Assembly: GCA_051294375.1 (NCBI GenBank)
Contig: CM119267.1
Coordinates: 21,459,755 to 21,523,754 of the forward strand
Reading direction: 5' to 3'
DNA length: 64,000 bases
From: Paraspadella gotoi
Taxonomy: Eukaryota > Animalia > Chaetognatha
In this document: piece by piece, positions 28,538 through 39,393 of the stretch
Layout of the letters: each line of letters opens with the position of its first letter
Position numbering within the stretch: position 1 is the stretch's first letter
Notes under the pieces: generated by a model
Told to the model about the DNA's origin: nothing
The model's database searches: none
Seen by the model: only the letters and a program-made list of their open reading frames with translations
Translations under genes and position numbers: made by a program

Positions 28538-31500
28538 ATCATCATCATCTCTTCCCCCANNNNNNNNNNNNNNNNNNNNNNNNNGATGCCTCGTCCGCGC
28601 CGGTCGCTACCACGAGTCGATTCACGTTCAGGGAAAAAGAGGAACAGAGGAGAAACCGATTCTCATCGCAGCTTACAAAGGTTTCTCCCGCGGACCTGCT
28701 GCTCCTGAAGTTGCTGATGCTACTGCTGTTGCTTTTGTCGTCGTCGTCGTATTAGTCTTCGTCCTCGTCTTACAATTTTCTGTTTTCTCTTTTCTGTTTT
28801 CTGTCTCTCTATTTTTCTCCATTGTCTTTAATTGTATCATAATTTTATGTAAGTTTTCATATTGAACGCAGCCTTTCTGGTCTTCCTTTCAATTTCCACG
28901 GTTAACAGCTTTTTTTCTCTCCCCCCCTCTCCTCCCCATCCTCCCTTTCTCCCTCACCATTCTTCCACTCCCTCTCTCTCCAACCCCCCCCCTCTAAAAT
29001 CAGGAGAGCGACGTCGTGATCGACGGAACCGTAGACGTGAACGACATCAAAGAGACCGACTGGCGCCGACTCACCGGAGTCAAGAATCCCAACAACTTTC
29101 CCATTTATTTCACGCAACTCAAGGTCATTGTTTTGATGAGTACTGACCACAGCATTAACAATTTTAATTTTAAAAAAAAGATAGTTAAGTCCAGTTCAAA
29201 TGTCTCCTTGGTTGGCCCCGGAGTTGTCCGAGTATGTCGTTCAAAGTTTCAATCCACCTGTCGATTTTCAATTTGTATTGCATGTCCGTTTGCGCGCAAA
29301 CGAGTCTGTTCCTCCTACCGCGGAAACAAATGTCGAATATTTAGTGATTAACATCAATCAAATTGTTGAAATAAAATCTTCATCTCTTAGTTATCATTAA
29401 CAAATTATGTTTAACATTTAGAAGATTAATTGTTATCATAGAAAAAAAAGGATTAAAATTATTATGGAAGAGTTTTTTGTTGTTTTTTTTTCTTATTTTT
29501 CAATTTTTTATATGAAATTGGTACAACCAATATAAAAATTATCCATTAATTTAATAAATAAGCTATATTTTTTTAAACAGAAAGACGTTTGGCAGTTGTT
29601 CTTCGGAAAAGATGACAACGGTCCGTTCACGATGATGACGAATGCGAGATGGCCCAACGCCCTTTGGTCCGACAAGTCCATTTTTCTTTCCAAGTGAGAA
29701 AAACATTTTTATATGAACTTTAACGAAGCTAAATAATTAAATTTTAGTTATATAGTGACGACGACGTAGGTAAATACTTTATAAAATGAAAAAAAAAATA
29801 TCTGAAACTGATTTCTGAGGAGAAGCGTCATTTGCCAATCATAGCAAAGAAACTAAAATCTAATTTGCATATTGTAGTGACTGTCAATACGACAGTATGC
29901 AAATGAGATTGATGAACTTAATCTCATTCTTGGTCGCATCAAAGGTTCCTTCTTTATAGTACTATTAACTTTTGAGAAAACTAGAAACTTAACCTTTAAT
30001 CAAACTAATTAATTAATTAATTAACTAACTATTCGACATTTTAAGAAGAGACAAGAAATTAATGGTTTCTCCTATTCAAAATCTCCTCATCACACTCGAC
30101 ACTCTTCCACCCTCCCTCAGAAACTGGGCGCGATCCAACTATTCTTCCTTGGAACGAAAGATGATCGACGCCGGCCGAAGCGACGCCGAAGACGGCGTCG
30201 TCGCCGGCGCTGATTCCGGCGCCGAGATCGACGGACTCAGTGGGGCCGGATTCGACGCTACCGGCACCGTCGCCGTCCTCAACATCGCCGGCGCCGATAC
30301 GTTCGTCGCCAGAGTCAAACATCACAAACCCGGAAGGTGAGGAAGGGAGAAAGGAGGGTAAGGAAAGAGGTTGCGTGCTGATTGCAATCGTAATGCACGA
30401 TAAACGGTTTTAAATTTATATTGTTTTTAATTTTAGTCACATTTGTTCGTGCAAATTTTAAACTGAACAAAATATTTGTTCCTCATTGAAATCATGAAGC
30501 TTCCGTATTTACTAAAATGAACACCAGAAAACTAAAGGGTAAATAAATTAAAAATTATTGAATTTATGAAGTGCAAAATTACAAAGATTTCAAAATTACA
30601 AAATTATATTATGTTGAGTCGTTGACAAAAGTCTTCTGTTTGATGGTTTACGGAGGCATGTGATGTAGCACTATTTCTTTAACAAAAGCCCTTCTTCCAC
30701 GTGGCAGTTGTGGCCGAGTGGTTAAGCCGACTGACTCGAAATCAGTTACGGTCTCCGTGCACAGGTTCGAATCCTGTCAACTGCGAACTTCTGTTTAACT
30801 GTCAGAAATATTCACATATTGTGAAATCTGTTTATAATTTTAAATCTATCCTCTTTACTTGATGAAACACTCTAATTTTTATTTGCCCTTTGACAAAATT
30901 TTAATTTAATTATTGTCCCAAATAAAACAAGGCTGTTGTGGCCGAGCAGTTAAGGCGACTGACTTGTAATCGATTAGGCTTTCCGTGCACACTGTGCACT
31001 GCACAGGTTTAAATTGTGGCAAGTGCCAAGTTTTCTTTTACTGTCTGTTTAACATTTACACTTCAAATTCTAAATAAATTTTTTGTTTTAAATTTATTTT
31101 TCTCATAGTCAATTCTAGGGAAAATAATTTTTAGTTATCATTGAGACAAGCCGCAGTTGTGGCCGAGTGGTTAAGGCGACTGACTAGAAATCAGTTACGG
31201 TCTCCGTGCACAGGTTCGAATCCTGTCAACTGCGTTTTTTTAAAAATTTTTTTCGCAGAAATTACTTCCGCTACAAGGCCCCATGGGGAAAGCTTAAGAA
31301 CCGTTTCAACCCTGAGCGCAACCGTTACTTCCTCGAAGACAAGTTGGAGCTGCTCGACGTCGCCGAAGAATGGTTTTTTGACGTCGCCTCCAAGAGGCTG
31401 TACGTTTGGATGCCGGACAGAAAGAGCCCGTCCGCCAGCGAGTGGTCCGTGCTGAGGGCGAAGGTTCAGGTAAGTTTGGGTATTGTTTCACAGTTTTGGC

Positions 31501-34500
31501 AAGATATATTGCACAAAATTCTTTAACAAATATTTATTTAATATCATTTTTGTGAACAATTACCTAAATCAACAATTTTAACAAGAAAATAAAAGAAAAC
31601 CAAAGTAGAATTATAATAATGTTCAAAAATATTATTTTTACATTAATTATTTACAATAAGCTTTCTCCTTTTGGCTAATTAGTTTTTGCCGACCAAAATA
31701 TCTTTCTCCTTAATTTTCCCAACAACTAGTAAAATTCATGTCAGTTGTCAAGATTTTAATTTTTCCGATCGTCGACCAACTCACCTTCCACAACCCCCTA
31801 CTCCCCCTTCCACAACCCCTTACTCCTCCTTCCACTCCCAAACTACCCCCCCCTCTCAACCCCCAACCCAAGACTTACGCCCTCACCATCCGCGATTGTC
31901 GCCATCTCGAGGTCAACGGCCTTCAATTCTTCGCCACTTCGATTGTCGCCCGCGAATCCGACATTCGTCACATGATCTACAAAAACAACGACCTTCGCTT
32001 CCTCAACAACGTCTTCCTCTTTCCCTCTTACTCCAAGAGGATGCTGCTGAAGACGGAACCGGCTGGTGAGGTCGTTGGGAATGGGGTTAGAGTCGTCGGA
32101 AAAAAGTTCTTGTGGGGTTTTGATGGCTTTTGGTATATTGTGGTAGATGTATTATAAGTTTGTTAAACCAATTTCCAATGCCTGGGCACAAATTTCATAA
32201 ACATACAGCTGACAATTTTTGCCACAGTTTTCTGTCCCTTTTTAGTCGGATCTTCTTTCAGCAGTTGCGACTCTATAATTCACTTTGGTCGGACCATCGG
32301 CCCACCCTAAAATCTTGTCGGTAAATCATAATTATCAATATCAGAACCTCGAATTAGATAAATTATTCAAAAAGAAAAAATGTCTGTCCGTTCCGTCCGT
32401 CCGTCTGTCCGTCCTACCTTAGCAAAAAACTCCAATTACTCGTGATTGGATGGATGGATTGGAAGATATTTTGTGTGTGGGTAGGGAAGTGTCTGATTGA
32501 GCTGGATATAAAGTTTCGATGGAATCGTCCGAGTGGAAATGAGTTTAAATGAAAAAAACCTGTTTCACTAATTGATAATTCTTCTTTTTCTTTTTAAATG
32601 TAAATTCAAGTTGTATTAATTAATCATTTAATTAATCAAATTAGTCAATTAATTAATCAGTCAATTAAATAAATAAATTGATTATTCAATCGATCAATTT
32701 ATTTATCTATTAATTGATTATTCAATCAATCAATTTATTTATCAATTGATTAATTTTTTAATCAATCAATCAGTCAATCAATCAATCAATCAATTAATCA
32801 ATCAATCAATCAAATCAAGTCCATCGTTATCGGCATTATTGTCGTCATCGCCATCATTGCGTGTATCACAATGACATAATGTCTAAATTGACTTGTTTTG
32901 AATGTTAAATCAACTACAGTTACACTTTTGAATTTAATACCTCTTTTTCATCGGTATTACCGTATTTATTTAAAAAGAAATCAAACAAATAAATCAAACA
33001 AATCACTTGGTTCCAGAAAATTAAGTTGGTCGTAAACTAAAACTTATCAACAAATGAGAGAAAGAAAGAGAGAGAGAGAGAGAGAGANNNNNNNNNNNNN
33101 NNNNNNNNNNNNNNNNNNNNNNNNNNNNNNNNNNNNNNNNNNNNNNNNNNNNNNNNNNNNNNNNNNNNNNNNNNNNNNNNNNNNNNNNNNNNNNNNNNNN
33201 NNNNNNNNNNNNNNNNNNNNNNNNNNNNNNNNNNNNNNNNNNNNNNNNNNNNNNNNNNNNNNNNNNNNNNNNNNNNNNCGAGCTCCTCGAACATCCAAGA
33301 TTTCTGAGAAAAAGATGCAGGGAGATACGGTTCCGACGAGACACTGATTAGGAGGCAACACTCGACGAGCCGCTTCGGGCTTCACCTGCTCCAACTGCAA
33401 CTTGACTTCTTGTCCCTTCATCAACTCGTTCGTCGTCATATGGTGACGAGTGACGTGTTGTTTCTTCGAAGAATTTTAACAGCAAGGAAATAAATTTGTG
33501 TTAAATTAATAAATGATAATAATCAATAGTCAAATGCGTCTGATGAAAACCTGTGCCATCGCCTTCGCGTATTGGTAAGGTCGCAGAATCCTCTTCGTTT
33601 TGAAAAGACTTTCGCGTCGGACTCTTTTGTNNNNNNNNNNNNNNNNNNNNNNNNNNNNNNNNNNNNNNNNNNNNNNNNNNNNNNNNNNNNNNNNNNNNNN
33701 NNNNNNNNNNNNNNNNNNNNNNNNNNNNNNNNNNNNNNNNNNNNNNNNNNNNNNNNNNNNNNNNNNNNNNNNNNNNNNNNNNNNNNNNNNNNNNNNNNNN
33801 NNNNNNNNNNNNNNNNNNNNNNNNNNNNNNNNNNNNNNNNNNNNNNNNNNNNNNNNNNNNNNNNNNNNNNNNNNNNNNNNNNNNNNNNNNNNNNNNNNNN
33901 NNNNNNNNNNNNNNNNNNNNNNNNNNNNNNNNNNNNNNNNNNNNNNNNNATTTTCGACGTCGTCATGGACGTGATTGTCGCTCTTCCCCAAAAAACGAAC
34001 TGTACGACAAGTTTTCTCGATTTTCTTTTAAGTTTAAATTCATTTTAAAATATCAAACGTACTTTCTTCGTTAAATTACAGTGAGGATCTGGCAACACGC
34101 AAGAATCGAATACTAATTGAATGAATTCATGAAGGAATTTGTACCAAATTCGTATCTTAACGTTTCAACGTTTTATATGAAATTCCAGTATTTCGTATCC
34201 TGGGAATTGACAAGCCTATCCCCCTCTTTATTTTCCCTACCCCCCCNNNNNNNNNNNNNNNNNNNNNNNNNNNNNNNNNNNNNNNNNNNNNNNNNNNNNN
34301 NNNNNNNNNNNNNNNNNNNNNNNNNNNNNNNNNNNNNNNNNNNNNNNNNNNNNNNNNNNNNNNNNNNNNNNNNNNNNNNNNNNNNNNNNNNNNNNNNNNN
34401 NNNNNNNNNNNNNNNNNNNNNNNNNNNNNNNNNNNNNNNNNNNNNNNNNNNNNNNNNNNNNNNNNNNNNNNNNNNNNNNNNNNNNNNNNNNNNNNNNNNN

Positions 34501-37500
34501 NNNNNNNTTGATTGATTGATTAATTTATTCATAAAATGGTTCAAATATTTAATCATTTATTCATTGATTGCTGCTTTGATCAATTGATAATACATTGAGA
34601 ATGGAATGATGAAGGGAGAGCTCTATACGTTTTTATTTAGGACAATGTTCACTGTCGTTTTAAAATTAACTGTAGTCGTTATTGTATCTTTTTTTTCTTT
34701 CCATTATTGATTTTGTTTAATCACAAAATAATTTTTTAATGATTGCGAAAAGTGACTTCAATTTCATTCCTGGGAAGATCGGTTTTTAGAAATATTGACC
34801 GCTTTACCAATTCCATCTAAGACTTACCCATCCTTACCACCGCGCTGCTTCCCCACCTCTCAGGTCCGGAGCCACCTCCACCACCGTCGGCACCTCCAAA
34901 CCTACCCTCGACTCCCTCACCTCGACCGACGAACTCATCGAACGCAACACGATTCGCTTCAACGGCGGTAGCACGGCGCTGCGGCCGGGAAAGGCGCCGA
35001 AGGTCAGGCTCAATCACATCCATCATCAGGGTAAGTCGATCGTGAGGATGAGTAACGGACTTACCAAGGAATGTAGGAAAAAATTAATCCTCAATATATT
35101 GGGATGGAACTATTTTAATGAATTAACGTTATTAGTATTCAGAGGAAGATAATTATTTTGATTTAGTTATGTTTTCACCCAAAATTTCTATCAAGCATAT
35201 GAACTAGTTTACCCTTTCCCCAATATTCCCCAGGGTGGGGTTCCATCCAAAGCGGCGCCGCCGTCGTCGAAATCTCCAAGTCTTCGCAAAACGGCGCCGT
35301 GATTGAGAAAAACTGGATTCGAGATTGTCCGGTCAAAGGTGAGCGAAGAAGGTCAAGGGTCAGGAATAAGATTTAAGGTCACAATGGTCACTTGTAATTG
35401 TAAACGAGGGGAATTCTGTCAACTGCCAAAGAAACAATGATAGATCGTAGTAAAGAAAAAAACATTATTTGACGATAAGTAATAAGTAATAAGTAATATC
35501 TGAAAAATATTGTAGAAATCCGTATTGATTTGAAAAGTCACTGTCAACCGATCCCAAGGCAGTTGTGGCCGAGTGGTTAAGGCGACTGACTCGAAATCAG
35601 TTACGATCTCCGTGCACAGGTTCGAATCCTGTCAACTGCGTTAATCTTTTGTCTTTAAGACTACTTCCCTTCTCCCAGGAAATATGTCCCATTCATAAAA
35701 AAAAGTATCAAAGCTTTTTCCCCCTTTATTCTTTCCTTCTTCAGCCATACCTCTTTCAACTAACTTTTACTTTCTCCCTCCTTGCGCCCCTCTCCCTCTC
35801 CCCATTATACCCCCACCCCCAAGCTATCGTCATCGACTCCCCTCCTCCCCGCCTCGGTCGCAACGCCCGCGTCAACTTCAACGCCGTCTGGCGAACTCGC
35901 GGCATCGAGATTCAAGGAAACCGGAACTCGGTCCGACACAACCTCGCTTTTTTAAAGGCCGATAGAGGGCGTGGAGAGGGCGGTGTTGATGGAGGGCTCA
36001 TCTGCGTCGTCAAGTATTTGACGGGGAGGTGCGTTTGAGTGGATAAGATAGGAAGTTTCTTTAAGGGCAGTTGTGGCCGAGTGGTTAAGGCGACTGACTA
36101 GAAATCAGTTATGGTCTCCGTGCACAGGTTCGAATCCTGTCAACTGCGTACTTTTGTTCAACTGTCAAACATTTTTATATTTTAAACCTTTTTTTTCGTT
36201 CACTTAATCTTGGGGTGAAAAACTTTTGGGTAGTTCAAGTAAAAAATCTGGAGCAGTTGTCGCTGAATAGTGGAGGCGACTGACCAGAAATCAGTCTCTG
36301 TGCACAGGTTCCAATACTATCAACTGTATTTTATTTTATTCATCTGTCAAACATTTTCCATTTATATTGTATACCATTTTTTCATTAACTTAATCTCACA
36401 CTGTAATAATATCTTGGGAGAGAAAACTTTTAGGTGGTTAGAATAAGGGAACAGAAGCAGTTGTGGCCGAGTGGTTAAGGCGACTGACTAGAAATCAGTT
36501 ACGGTTTCCGTGCACAGGTTCAAATCCTGTCAACTGCGTCTTATTAATTAATTAAACTTTAATTTTTTTACTTTATATTGTGTCTTTGGCTTTTCTCCCT
36601 TTAGCATTTACTTACTTTACATATTAAATAACGGGAAATAAGGGGAACGGGAAGTTAGAACATCAATTATTTATTTTTCAAAATAATAATTTAACAATCC
36701 TTTAACAATTAACAAGTATTTGTCTCAATATAGACTACTCTTGAGTTTTTCAGTCGTGATCCTTAACCAACCACCACCACCGTCTGTCCATCGCCATTCC
36801 CCCTCTTTCCCGCCAGGCGTCGCGGCGCCGGTATGAACGCCGGCAGCATCGTCGAGTACAACGCCGCCACGACGATCGATGGCGGAAAAGCGAAGAACCG
36901 GAAGATCAAGAGTTTCCGGCTTCCGGGAGCGAGAGTGGAATTCAATTTGCCGGAGGAAGGGGAGAGGAACGAAACGAGAATTTTACAGGTGAAAAAAAAA
37001 GAAGAATATCTTATATATTTGATTTAATTCAAATTAAGCATTTTTACAAACAACCATTATTATTTTCGATTCCCAACTTTCTCAAACCCTCATCCCCCCC
37101 CAATAAAATAAGGTCGTCCCCCAACTGGTCGACCACGCCATCTTCGATCTCCGCCCCCGCCTCAGGTCCGCCCTCCTGACCGCCTTTTCCAACTCCACCG
37201 AGGAGGCGGTCGGACCCTACGACCCTAAACCCAACGTGTACTGGATTCCCGGTCGCAGAGGAAGGAAAGCCTCGTTCCCGATCCCGACGGACGGAGGGAC
37301 GGTGGGGCAGCACAGGTGGGGCAAATGGGTGGGCCAGCAGAGGTCGGGACTGGCGTCACTGGCGTGAATGGAGGAAAGAAATAAGGTGGAGCTTTTTCAT
37401 TGAACGAATGCGAGNNNNNNNNNNNNNNNNNNNNNNNNNNNNNNNNNNNNNNNNNNNNNNNNNNNNNNNNNNNNNNNNNNNNNNNNNNNNNNNNNNNNNN

Positions 37501-38206
37501 NNNNNNNNNNNNNNNNNNNNNNNNNNNNNNNNNNNNNNNNNNNNNNNNNNNNNNNNNNNNNNNNNNNNNNNNNNNNNNNNNNNNNNNNNNNNNNNNNNNN
37601 NNNNNNNNNNNNNNNNNNNNNNNNNNNNNNNNNNNNNNNNNNNNNNNNNNNNNNNNNNNNNNNNNNNNNNNNNNNNNNNNNNNNNNNNNNNNNNNNNNNN
37701 NNNNNNNNNNNNNNNNNNNNNNNNNNNNNNNNNNNNNNNNNNNNNNNNNNNNNNNNNNNNNNNNNNNNNNNNNNNNNNNNNNNNNNNNNNNNNNNNNNNN
37801 NNNNNNNNNNNNNNNNNNNNNNNNNNNNNNNNNNNNNNNNNNNNNNNNNNNNNNNNNNNNNNNNNNNNNNNNNNNNNNNNNNNNNNNNNNNNNNNNNNNN
37901 NNNNNNNNNNNNNNNNNNNNNNNNNNNNNNNNNNNNNNNNNNNNNNNNNNNNNNNNNNNNNNNNNNNNNNNNNNNNNNNNNNNNNNNNNNNNNNNNNNNN
38001 NNNNNNNNNNNNNNNNNNNNNNNNNNNNNNNNNNNNNNNNNNNNNNNNNNNNNNNNNNNNNNNNNNNNNNNNNNNNNNNNNNNNNNNNNNNNNNNNNNNN
38101 NNNNNNNNNNNNNNNNNNNNNNNNNNNNNNNNTCTTTTGGAGGATCGACGCGGGGTTGGGGGAAGAGGCCGTCATGGGAGACGTTTGGGAGTTTAGGGTC
38201 GTGTGA
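28329..38206 (+). CDS. Right-handed parallel beta-helix (pectin-lyase-like fold) protein, main body. Exons 28329-28433, 28586-28680, 29004-29123, 29581-29693, 30121-30336, 31259-31469, 31873-32065, one in gap 34247-34507, 34864-35030, 35234-35338, 35824-36028, 36817-36988, 37113-37315, gap, last ending 38206
   Basis: Motif order SLEAPFETI..PGDRCLVRAGRYHE..GTEEKPILIAAY..VVIDGT..VWQLF..MTNARWPN..TVAVLN..YFLEDKLELLD..EWFF..LYVW..NTI..NHI..NWI..DLRP..GPY..YWIPG..ASFPIP.DG..FWRID..GDVWEF matches the bacterial-type beta-helix family as I recall it. Junctions are phase-consistent except 28680/29004. Confidence 0.82.
29185..33966 (-). CDS. Probable nested antisense gene with PH-like domain (exons from 33966 into gap, ~33632-33551, 33463-33386, 33303 into gap, possible ~32310-32200, last 29314-29185)
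   Basis: Minus-strand GT-AG exons join in frame: ..KRVRRESLFKTKRILRPYQYAKAMAQ|KQHVTRHH..KLQLEQ|KSWMFEELVIKSFSNKRQFSLTRSIYRRYLRL (gap filled from the inverted copy at 54390-54840). Terminal exon RLVCAQ..KIDRWIETLNDIL resembles a PH C-terminal helix. Linkage of the last exon is inferred. Confidence 0.45.
30704..30785 (+). tRNA. tRNA-Ser(CGA), intronic (one D-arm substitution, TAAGCCG)
   Basis: GCAGTTGTGGCCGAGTGGTTAAG..ACTGA-CTCGAAA-TCAGT..GGTTCGAATCCTGTCAACTGCG, 82 nt. Confidence 0.88.
30932..31027 (+). pseudogene. Degenerate tRNA-Ser copy (anticodon loop reads TGT)
   Basis: Ser body with broken anticodon stem, internal GTGCAC duplication and decayed B box. Confidence 0.8.
31153..31234 (+). 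tRNA. tRNA-Ser(AGA), intronic
   Basis: Intact 82-nt cloverleaf, ACTGA-CTAGAAA-TCAGT, followed directly by a T7 Pol III terminator. Confidence 0.96.
32380..32570 (+). mobile_element. Possible DINE/Helentron-associated element fragment
   Basis: (GTCY)n tract TGTCTGTCCGTTCCGTCCGTCCGTCTGTCCGTC followed by ..GATGGATTGG..; resemblance only. Confidence 0.3.
35559..35640 (+). tRNA. tRNA-Ser(CGA), intronic
   Basis: 82-nt cloverleaf, anticodon loop CTCGAAA, intact A/B boxes. Confidence 0.93.
36067..36148 (+). tRNA. tRNA-Ser(AGA), intronic
   Basis: 82-nt cloverleaf, loop CTAGAAA, intact A/B boxes, TTTT shortly downstream. Confidence 0.94.
36253..36328 (+). pseudogene. Degenerate tRNA-Ser(AGA) copy
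   Basis: Mutated A and B boxes; variable arm partly deleted. Confidence 0.8.
36457..36538 (+). tRNA. tRNA-Ser(AGA), intronic (T-loop GGTTCAAAT variant)
   Basis: 82-nt cloverleaf, loop CTAGAAA. Confidence 0.88.
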
Positions 38207-38404
38207 AAAGCGGGATGTTGTGTTTTTGTGTATTTAAATATTTGATACAAATTATGTAGTAAAAAAAACAATAAAGCTTTATTCTGAAAAAAAAAATTGT
38301 ATTGGGCGATTTTGGTAGAATAACCATTAACCAATAATCAAAAAGCAATGGGCAGCTGGTGTTTGTAAGTCATCCGTAACGAATCCGTAACGGATCCGTA
38401 ACTC

Positions 38405-38443
<39 letters not shown>

Positions 38444-38620
38444 CCTCAGGCCTAAACAAAAAAAGGCCATGAAACGACAAAATGACACATTTACCTGATG
38501 GGCGCATCACTCACTCTTGTCAGAACGGACCTCCGGGTCGAGAGCCTTCAACTTATTTTCCTTAAGTCGGGAAATGCTTTTCCTCCCAATGCTTTATCGT
38601 CCTCCACTCTCCAATATCTA

Positions 38621-39050
38621 CAGTCATGTGCAAAAAAAAAAACGCGTTACTTTATTTGATATTATTTTTCAATTAAAAGTTATTGAAAGATGATAAGTTC
38701 GATATAAATTTTATTAAAATTGGGCCATCTTTTTTGGAGCAGTAACTTTTTTAAATAAAGTACTCTACCGCAAAGCTGGACGAGGTTAAGGTTAATGAAA
38801 TATTGAGATGACTAACAAGTCTATGATTCTGAAGCTTTTAGATAAAAGTCGTTCTTCCCGTTTGGTTTTTGGAACAGTCACATTTAAAAAATCATATATC
38901 CGAAACCACTTGACTGATTGTAATAAAATTTAGACACATTGATTCATTTTTTTTTTAAATAATTTTTTTCTTATATAAATTTAAAAAATATAATTATAGA
39001 GCGTTTTGAATTTAAATTAAAAAAAGTTGCGCGTTTTTTGCCCAGGAGTG
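38621..39050. mobile_element. Tc1/mariner-type MITE (~430 bp)
   Basis: TA|CAGTCATGTGCAAAAAAAA..CGCGTTAC at the left and GTTGCGCGTTTTTTGCCCAGGAGTG|TA at the right: imperfect TIRs flanked by TA. Confidence 0.7.
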
Positions 39051-39357
39051 TATATTTCCTCCTCTCTCTCCTATTCTCTCCCATCTCCCTGCCCTCCCCT
39101 CTTCCCAAACCCGATTTCCAGAGTTTCGAGTTTCCGACTTCAAAACTTTTCCAGCTGGCTCTTCTCACTNNNNNNNNNNNNNNNNNNNNNNNNNNNNNNN
39201 NNNNNNNNNNNNNNNNNNNNNNNNNNNNNNNNNNNNNNNNNNNNNNNNNNNNNNNNNNNNNNNNNNNNNNNNNNNNNNNNNNNNNNNNNNNNNNNNNNNN
39301 NNNNNNNNNNNNNNNNNNNNNNNNNNNNNNNNNNNNNNNNNNNNNNNNNNNNNNNNN

Positions 39358-39393
<36 letters not shown>

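Noticed and set aside
30932-31027. Ser-body tRNA with a Thr (TGT) anticodon as a recoding tRNA
   Set aside because: The anticodon stem, T arm and B box are all damaged, so it is a pseudogene
30704-36538. Repeat-spacer pattern suggesting a CRISPR array or tRNA-derived SINE
   Set aside because: The repeats are complete 82-nt tRNA cloverleaves in a eukaryotic gene, with no cas genes, SINE tails or TSDs
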